Part shown: positions 54,760-64,000 of the stretch, piece by piece
How the letters are laid out: each line of letters starts with the position of its first letter
How positions within the stretch are numbered: the stretch's first letter is position 1
NCBI GenBank assembly: GCA_012295275.1
Contig: CM022677.1
Location: 5,022,001-5,086,000, forward strand
Direction: 5' to 3'
DNA: 64,000 nt
From: Chrysomallon squamiferum
Lineage: Eukaryota > Animalia > Mollusca
Position numbers and translations under genes: made by a program
Notes under the pieces: model-generated
Seen by the model: the letters and a program-made list of their open reading frames with translations, nothing else
The model's database searches: none
Told to the model about the DNA's origin: nothing

Positions 54760-55270
54760 AGAGGTCAACAGAAATGTAGCTTGTTCATTCAGCCCAGCAT
54801 TAGTACATCAGAAGCTCCCAAAGATTTGAAAGATCCTGTAAGATAACTTGTTGATCAGTTTCACAATGCTGAAGAAGTGCTCTTCTTATTTACACAGAAA
54901 ATTTGCTTTCTTATTCCCTGAATTTTGCCTGCCAAGTAGTTCGACCAGGCCGGGCTTTTATTAGACGGATAATTGATGCAACAAGAGGAGTCACTAAACC
55001 ACATCACAACATCTGGGTTACACAAAGTATGAAGAGAGACTTCAACATGTGGTCAGATTTTCTAGAGCACTGCAATGGGATTACAGTCATGCCCGATATG
55101 TTCCGGACCAGCAGTAACTCCTTGGAATGTTATAGTCAAGAAGGGGTGGGAAGGGGATTCGGGGTCTTTTTCCAGGAGGACTGGGCACATGGGTCCTGGC
55201 CATAGGACTGATGCAGTTCTGGTTTGTTGAGAAATATCACGTTTCTCGATCTCTTTCCTGTCTTAATTAT
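54760..55270 (+). mobile_element. DIRS/Ngaro RT-RNase H remnant, copy B
   Basis: ORF 54903-55205: LNFACQVVRPGRAFIRR...GFGVFFQEDWAHGSWP. Confidence 0.85.
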
Positions 55271-55734
55271 ATTGTCTAAATTATATTGTTTATGATGCAA
55301 AATAGAGGTAAAACATAGTAAAACATCACGTTATTTTCATTCAGTATCAATTTATGATATAAACGTCGCTGGTTTTATGTATAAAACTATGATTCAAGTA
55401 AAGTGTAACTTCTCACGTGTTCAGTATTAATTTTTATTATTATTTTTTTTTATAGAGAAGAAACTGTAACTCAGTTTAAGAGAAAAATATTATCACAATA
55501 GAGTGGCTTCCCCTGTATATCTAGTCATTAAGTTATTTATTTCTGAATTTACAAGTCGAGCTCTGTAAAATGCCACTATAAAATAAAAGCTCAGACTTTA
55601 TAAGAATCCATTCATTTTTGTTGATACGTTGATAATAAATGATGTCAACATGAGCGCAGTTTTCACAGCGGCATTTATTGTTATTAACGCTATCAAAATT
55701 ATTCTTGAAAAGCCGATGATATTCCTTTAGCTGA

Positions 55735-55772
<38 letters not shown>

Positions 55773-57012
55773 CTGTTATGATGCAAATCAAAGGTGAACG
55801 TAATAAAATATCGATGTAAGCAGTGTTTATTTTAAACTAAGATAGAACGTAATTTCCGCTCAGTCTCAGTTTAGTCGTAGAAGCTGCACAGCTGGTACTA
55901 AATAAAAGCGTAAATTCTGTCGAGCAGTCTCAAATTATCTTCAGAAAACTACCAAATTAAATATGGTATTATACACAGAAATTAAAGACAAACTGGTATA
56001 ATATTGGTTACCATATTCAAAAATATGGTTTATTTGAAAGACCCTCTCTATTTCTCAACAACAAAAATATATAAATAAATAAATAAATATATGTATAGTT
56101 TTATAAAATTTGTTTTAGAGAGCCATGAAAAGATATTATCAGTAGTAAACAATTAAAAAAAAAAAAAAACATTATGCGTATCCAGCAGCACAGTTTATAA
56201 AGCAAAATGTAGAATCAGGAAAAATAATATGATATTTTATATTCATTTCAAATTCTTCACCTTTTTCTGTATTTTTTATTTAACAGTGTCTTCGCCTCGG
56301 AAACTTGTTTTACATGGTAGACTGTAAAATTGATGACATAATCGAGATGCACAAAGATTTAGAAAGAACAATAATAACAACAGCTAGTTTGGACTGTTCA
56401 TAGAAAGAAGCAGGCGGCGACAGAAAATTGTTAAAACTGTAGAATTTATGGATTGACAGAGAAACACATGGACAGATGTGGGTATATGTATTTGGCTGTT
56501 AGAAAAACATATATACATACACACAAGTTGTGTGTTAGTGAATGTGTGTACTGAAGGAAATGTTTTTATGTGGTATCTGAGGCATGGATACCGAGCGACA
56601 GACAGACAGATGTGAATGTGAAAGGATGAGTTGGTACAGACATGTTATCTGTGAGAAAGAGTTAATGTGTTTGTTGTCAAATAACTGCTGCATGTGAAAG
56701 ACAGTGTCCTTGTTTATATATAAACAAGTTCCAAGTGTTTTGATTGTTGTTTTGTTTTTAAAAAATAAATAGAACAAAAATGATATACAATTAGATAAAA
56801 AAATACAATTAAGAACTGGATTATTTTAAGGATTTATTCTTATATCTTGATTTTGAATTGTTATTATTAACATTAAAATATAATTGAAAAAAGCTGAAAT
56901 TAATCAGGCTAAAAGAGTAATTTTAGCTCTATTAAAACCAACATCTTTTTTAAAAACAGATTTGCAGTAATTTTTATTTTAAAGAAAATGAAAATGAAAC
57001 GATGTATGTATG

Positions 57013-57075
<63 letters not shown>

Positions 57076-57695
57076 ATTTTAAAAATGTATAATTAATTTA
57101 TAATTATGAAAGTCTGTGACATCAAATGAAAGTGAAATGTTCATAATACAAAATCTTAAAGGCATATGTCACTGTAATTCATTACTGGAATGCATTGCTA
57201 CAAAGGTAGGGTTTAGTTTTGTTTTGAAATGCTATTATAATTATACTTCCTATTTAACAAACTTCAGTTTGATTAGTAACATTATGCAGAGTGATCTTGA
57301 CTGCTCAAGGTTTATATGTTGTATGAAAAATTCATTGTTTTTATTCAAGGGGCAAATCGAAAAAAAAAGGGTTTTATGCGAAATAGGAATTTTACAGTAA
57401 TTAATTAAGTAATAATAATAAATCAAATCAACCAACAAATAATGGAAACTGGTTGTATAGAAACTGTTCAATTTCATATTGGAATATTTTGCTCGAATTT
57501 TTTTTTTTTTTTTTTTTTTTTATACAATTAGCTGAATTCATCTAAAAGTAGTAAATCGAATTTAGCTCAGTGTTTTTTTATGTATTTACAAACACATTAA
57601 ACAGAGTTATTTCCCTTAGACCATTAATGCTTATGCAATGTCATCTATTAATAGTCTAAGGGAAATAACTCTATTTAACGAGTTTGTAAATAAAA

Positions 57696-57754
<59 letters not shown>

Positions 57755-59049
57755 CCATTTTTGTTGATTAGTGTTCATTCTAGTGCTTTGATTGTTTTTG
57801 TAAAATCGAACAAAATGTATATATAAAAAATAATAATTAAATCAGATGATCTTTTGCTGGTTGACCACAAATAACGAAGATATTGATCAGTATATAAATA
57901 ATAAAACTAAAAACAGACAAAGACTAGTCTTTATTTATTTATTTTTCTTTTAAAATATTTGAATGTGCCTTAACATTTTTAATGTTAACAAACTGAAAAA
58001 TTTCAGCATGATTTTCCATTTTGATTATTGTTTTTAGATAAGATGCAATGGGTTTGATTTTGTAGATGTCAGGATTTAAAACAGTTAAGAACAAATAATG
58101 TTTTTTTATTAAAAATATTTGTACTGCCACTCATTTATGTAACATGACCTGGTTATATTTTATTGTTATTTTATATCTTTTATTATTTATTTATGAATTT
58201 ATTTAATTATTTATTTAATTTCATTTTTCCCCAGCTTTTTAATTGAATTAATTCAATACAGATTATAAAATACTTGGAAGACATTTCCATTTGCACATAT
58301 TTGAAATAATGTTTTGAATTTTTCCAACATGTGAAAGGCTAATTATAAAATACTGAAAAAAATTCCATTTATGTACATTTTTTCTCTTCTTTGGTTTTTA
58401 TCATTTTTAAATTATGATTTTCTATTTTTAAAGATTCCTTATTAAAATAATTCAATTATTCCTTCTAAAGTGGGAAATTATAAAAAACTGCTAGAAATGT
58501 GTAAAGAGAAATATCTGAATATTTAAGTTTTATTATCTAGACACATTTTTAAGTAATTTCAACTTGAAGATGATCATGTTTCTTCTAATTAAAAATAACA
58601 AAGTCATGGTTAATGCAAATAAAATTTTAATTTAGTTAACAGTTTACATTAGAAATAAATTATTATATAAAGAGTTATATAATATATTCTTATTACCCCT
58701 AATTACATAATTTAAATATATTTACACAATTATTACCCCCTGAATTAAATATTTTTTTCCCAACTTTTTTGTATAAAAAATTCTTATTACCCCTAATGAC
58801 ATAATTTTCAATTATATTTACATTTATTACCCCCAGCAAACCCCTGATTTTACACTGATTTAAATAATATAAAGAAAAAATGTTGTTTTATTGTGTTATA
58901 ATAAAAACTTCAAATACCTCTAATTACATAGTTTTAAATATATTTAGACTGATTAACCCCAGAAAACCCTTGATTTACCCCGATTTAAATAATATAAAAA
59001 TTAGATTAAAAAAGTTAATGAACTAGCACACTGATTTTAGCTTATTTGC

Positions 59050-59346
59050 AAAGATGGCATTCCATAGCAACGATGAATCTCCATTCCTCTTTCAGTGAGA
59101 AAGATTAGAATAACCAAGCACACATCAAAGATAAAAACAGTGCAAGCTGCAATGAAGTACAATGTGTACACTGGATGTTCTGATCACATTGACAATGCAG
59201 TCTCTTGGAGATCACTGAGTGTTAGAAATTCAAATTACATTTCAGACAGATTTTCTCTTGAAAGACTATGATGTAAAAGCTCTCTGGTGAATCTTTTCTG
59301 AAAATGCAGTGCTGGCTAAGGCAGCTTGAATCTGTTGTCTAGGATC
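59050..59346 (-). pseudogene. Decayed exon of an unidentified host gene
   Basis: tag|ILDNRFKLP*PALHFQKRFTRELLHHSLSRENLSEM*FEFLTLSDLQETALSM*SEHPVYTLYFIAACTVFIFDVCLVILIFLTERGMEIHRCYGMPS in one frame with three stops. Confidence 0.45.
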
Positions 59347-61469
59347 CTACAACAAAATATAATATTCATTAATAAACTAAACATAAAATAAAGTGAAAGA
59401 CGCTCTAACTGCATTTCACTGTCTTATCAAGAAGAATTTTAGTCCAAATTTGTATTTTTTCCATGCAATTTAAAATTAAAATAATTTATTAAAGGTTTTT
59501 ATATTCTTAATTTCAATAGATTAATATTGTAAATTTCTTTCACCTGTATTAAATCTATCTTTTTTTCTGAGATTAGAGGTATTAAAAATAGCAAATTACA
59601 AATTTATACAACTGTTCTGTTCACTGCTCTATTAAGCTGGCATGTAAATTATTACAAGGTTTGTTCGTGCATAAACCATTATTACATTGATTCTGTACTA
59701 GCAAATATTAACATATCAAGCAAATAGGTTTGCTTTATGAAACATTTATATAAAATTATCAGTATATAAAAATAAAATCATCAAAGAAGACATTGTAAAT
59801 ATTTAAATTTAATTCATTGTTAATTTAATCTGAAAAAATTCTGACAATTTTCTTATATTTTCTCAGAAGAAAAAAGATAAATGCAGTTGAACTCATTTGA
59901 CTTCAGCATAAATACAAAATGAATTAGTACATTTAAATAGCTATATTGTTATTTCTAAAACTGATTAATAAACCCTGATATAATTAATAAGTAAAACCAT
60001 TTTGAGAACAATGTAAAGTTAATGAAGAAATAAAATGTGGGAAGACAAAACAAAATCTGTTACTGATCAGTGAAAACATAATGTGTATTATATACTATAT
60101 CCTTTTACAATCCTTCTTGGGGCTTTTGTTTTTTGTTTTAAAGAAAAACAAAATTGTTGATATTTTCTAGCTATCCATTATTATTTATAGTCCAGATAAG
60201 ATGGAAACACATGAGTGAGAGCAACTAAAAATAAAAAAGTTCTACAGATTTCCTACAATCACTCATCTAGATCCATTACTAAAATACACCATTAACGTAA
60301 ATGAAATAACAATAAATCGTTTCTTGATCATATTTCAGGCTCTGAATAAAACAAAGTTGAACTTAAAAATACTGAAACATAAATAAATCCTAGTGAAAAC
60401 ATTAAATTATCTCTCAAAATGCTCTCAAAATGCAAATAGTAATAAATACAAAAAGCAAAATAAAAGATTATACTTTAGCTATTAAAATGCAGATCACTTA
60501 ATAACTTAAAACAATATTATTTGCTTAACTATTATTTTGAGTAGATTAATCACCATCAAACAACACATACAACTAATTTTCATGACATTCTTGTCAGTTT
60601 AGGGGAAACACACACACAATTCTAGGTGTGCACCGTGTACTTGGTACAGGGCTGGGAGACCTACTGCACTGGGCTAACAGTGATTTACAAAATAAAACAC
60701 CAAAATGACTTTTCTATTGTTTTTATCATCATCACACCATTATTCATAAATATGGTCAACATCATCATAATAAATAAATAAATAATGTTGAAATTAAATG
60801 AACAATCTTGAATATTAGAACACAAAATATATATGTATGCTGTAAGCAAATGTGACATTTTTGGAAAGTAAAGTGCAAAAGTAAAAATTAACATAAATGT
60901 GTAAAAAGAAAAAAAAGAGAAAAATGAATTCATGTACCATATAATAGAAAATTAATTAAGTTGCTGAATGTTACTTATATAAAGTGAATAAAACATTTTT
61001 TTACTGTTATGTTGGATATTGTATATAATGATTTTTTGTTTTGCTTCTGTTGAAAACAGAATTTAAAAATCCTTTCTGACTGAAATAATTTTAAGAAGTT
61101 AAAAATAAAATTACAATATTATAACTGTTTAGATTATATTATCATTATGTTTTAGCTTAATACAACATTAGTAAGGATTTATAATGTTTGTATGCTTAAC
61201 TTTTATGATTGCATATGTGGTCAAATTAGAAATTAGTAACAAGAATCAGAAATTATCCATGAAAATGACTTGCTGTAATTATTTCTTACTTTGTCAATTG
61301 ATTCTGAGTGTAATATTGTAATACCATTAGTTACTCAATGCTGTTAAAAGAAAACATTTTGAAGTAAGAATAATATCCAAATATGACTTCAGTATATATA
61401 TATATATTCCAAATATGTTATAAATGAATTATAATATTGGTTGATTTAATGAACAAAATGTAAAATACA

Positions 61470-62024
61470 TCACACAACACAAACATAACAACTCAGTCAA
61501 CAGAAACAAGACAACAGAGATCACAGCGACACAAACCAAACTTTGACTGAGACAAGTCAGTTCACTCAGTGCAATACAACAATGGAGGAGGACAAGTCTT
61601 ACCAAGTGAAAACAGTGTTGAGCAAATGTCAGAAAACTCTCTCATTTGTAAAAATACTCCACACAAAAATCATAAAGAAGTAAGACCTTAAGTTTAAAAC
61701 ATAATAGATTTGAGATCTGAGGTTTGGTAAGTAAGCTCAGAGCTACATTTCTTAAACCACCACTAAGTATTACTGAATCACAGTGTAAATGTATTATGTG
61801 GCTGGGCACAGAAGGCAGGGTTTTACACACAGATGATAATATTTTAAAGGGTATTGTATATATTCCACCAGAGAATTCTTGTTATTCAAAAGAATATAGT
61901 TCAACATGATCTGTCTTACTGGTGACTTCAACAGCTGATGATAATGATTTTATTATTATGGAAGAAAATGAATAGAGTGGTTTAATCACTGATGATGTAT
62001 TTGAACTTGAACTTGTTAAATATA
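61470..62024 (+). mobile_element. CR1/L2-type LINE remnant (ORF1 tail and APE endonuclease fragment)
   Basis: CIMWLGTEGRVLHTDDNILKGIVYIPPENSCY resembles the W....D...G.VYIPPE.S.Y APE motif; shares aacacaaacata with the end of the ORF1 remnant at ~43840. Confidence 0.65.
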
Positions 62025-62076
62025 TTAACCCTTTGAACCTGCAGGGCAGTTTTCCAGCCTGACCATATAGTATATG
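62025..62076 (+). mobile_element. piggyBac left end (TTAA target then CCCTTT...), interrupted by the Ginger element; continues at 63762-64000
   Basis: TTAA|CCCTTTGAACCTG at 62025-62041; 63762-64000 matches the piggyBac 5' region at 45589-45826. Confidence 0.65.
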
Positions 62077-63761
62077 TGTTACAGTCAATGTGTCAAACCA
62101 GTCATTTGGCCAGATGACTGAAAATGAGTGCCCTCAGTTTGACAGATTGCCTGATAAGGAATTTTGAATTCAGTCAATATGTCAAGTATTGTAAAAAAAT
62201 ATATTTTGTGTTTGTTCTTTTCATGTTTTGTTTTTATTTTGTACTAAAGAGCCTGTGACCTTTGTGAACAGTTCTTACAACTGTTTATTTTACATCTGCT
62301 TTGAACTTAGTTTCTTTGTTTTGTACTAATCAGCTTGTGTCCTTAAAGCAACACTAAGATTACACTGCTTTGATAGCTCTGATGGGACTGTTGGTGTTAA
62401 ATTTGTTCGGTTTTGCAAGAACTCGAGTTTCAATGCTGGAATAAAACAGTCACCTTATACAACCTTATTTGGCATCAAAAACAGGATTGGTTTGACTTCC
62501 TCATCATTACTGCATGATGTTATCCAGAGAACCTCTACCAGAAACCACTCAACCTCTACCAGAAACAACTCAACCTCTACCAGAAACAACTCAACCTCTA
62601 TCAGAAACAACTCAACCTCTACCAGAAACAACTCAACCTCTACCAGAAACAACTCTACCTCTACCAGAAACAATTCAACCTCTACCAGAAACAACTCAAC
62701 CTCTATCAGAAACAACTCCACCTCTACCAGAAACAACTCAACCTCTACCAGAAACAACTCAACCTCTATCAGAAACAACTCAACCTCTATCAGAAACAAC
62801 TCAACCTCTACCAGAAACAACTCAACCTCTACCAGAAACAACTCAACCTCTATCAGAAACAACTCAACCTCTATCAGAAACAACTCAACCTCTACCAGAA
62901 ACAACTCAACCTTTACCAGAAACAACTCAACCTCTATCAGAAACAACTCTACCTCTACAAGAAACAACTCAACCTCTACCTAAATGACTCAACCTCTATG
63001 AGAAATGACTCAACCTCTATCAGAAACAACTCAACCTGTATCTGAAACAACTCAACCTCTATCAGAAACGACTCAACCTCTACAAGAAAAAACTCAACCT
63101 CTACCTGAAATAACTCTACCTCTACCAGAAACAACTCAACCATTGAGCAGCATAGACAAGAAAAGAAAACTTGCAATAGCTGGACAACAGAAACAAACAA
63201 AGCATGTTGTTAAGCAGAGTTGTGTGATTATGAATGATGGTGCTGTTGTGATAAAGTAGCTGTGCCGATTCCGTCTGTTGACAGGGGATGTGGTGATCCC
63301 AGAAATATTCTTGTATTAGCTGAAGAAAACATACAATATACCACTGGTTGCCCTTCTGGTATTCTAAAACAGAAATATAGTCGACACCAGTTTGATTTAT
63401 GTCCTCAGAGACTCCTGAGTGAATCTGACATGAACAGTTTGTCACTTCGTCAAGTCAACAAAAAGGAGTCACAACACGGTGGTGAGGGTTTTGTCAAGTG
63501 CAAATGGTCCTAAAAGATGTCGGAGTAAGAGATGTGCTTGTTTAAAAATAATGTTTAGTGTAACAGCAGATGTCACAACAGTGTAAATTGTTTAAATAAA
63601 TGAAGTATGTATTATGTGTCACCAATGTATTACACTGGTAAATTTGTTGTTACATGTATTTGATTATTAAATACAGATGAAACATAGTTTAGTTATTAGA
63701 AAACACCCAAGAAATACCCTTTAGTCATCTGGCCAAACAACTGGACACATTGACTGTAGCA
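62077..63761 (+). mobile_element. Internally deleted Ginger-type transposon retaining both TIRs
   Basis: Left TGTTACAGTCAATGTGTCAAACCAGTCATTTGGCCAGATGACT is the imperfect reverse complement of right AGTCATCTGGCCAAAC..CTGG..ACACATTGACTGTAGCA; only the integrase C-terminal third remains. Confidence 0.85.
62531..63141 (+). repeat. 21-bp minisatellite, about 29 copies (reads PETTQPL or STSTRNN)
   Basis: Directly visible; it explains the ORFs 62455-63200. Confidence 0.95.
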
Positions 63762-64000
63762 TATATACCTGCTCGTATTCTCAGCCATACTTCTGGCAGG
63801 AAGCTTCGATAATGTTTTTGCAAACAATTGCAGTTTTTGGAGTAAACATGAGCAGTAAGAAAGTGACAACCAAGCAGGCATTACAAATGATAATGTCAGA
63901 TTCTGAGGATGAGGATGAAGTGTTGGAATGTGAAATAATAGTGATTTTGAAAGTGAAGAGTGTGACGATGATGTTGTCAATGATACAAATAATAAAAACA

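Overview
Very AT-rich, microsatellite-rich animal DNA with spliceosomal introns and two 200-N scaffold gaps (14313-14512, 47132-47331). An innexin, a TIR_2 gene and the transposon mix suggest an invertebrate, probably a mollusc or other spiralian (inference). I found no intact protein-coding gene, RNA gene or CRISPR array. The window holds decayed host genes: an innexin with three lesions, a CAMSAP/Patronin CKK exon, a zinc-ribbon-TIR gene, and weaker PDZ-like, CCCH-like and USP-like exon sets. It also holds decayed transposons: I/Nimb, Tx1/L1 and CR1-like LINEs, Gypsy, BEL/Pao, DIRS/Ngaro, MULE, Ginger, piggyBac and Tigger-type MITEs. The right half is an ~18 kb direct duplication (29331-47131 vs 47332 to beyond 64000) split by a gap. 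Its two copies carry complementary deletions of a LINE>piggyBac>Ginger nest. All assignments come from manual translation and motif recall; no searches were run. I see no convincing novel functional system; the best leads are unusual domain architectures in the decayed genes.
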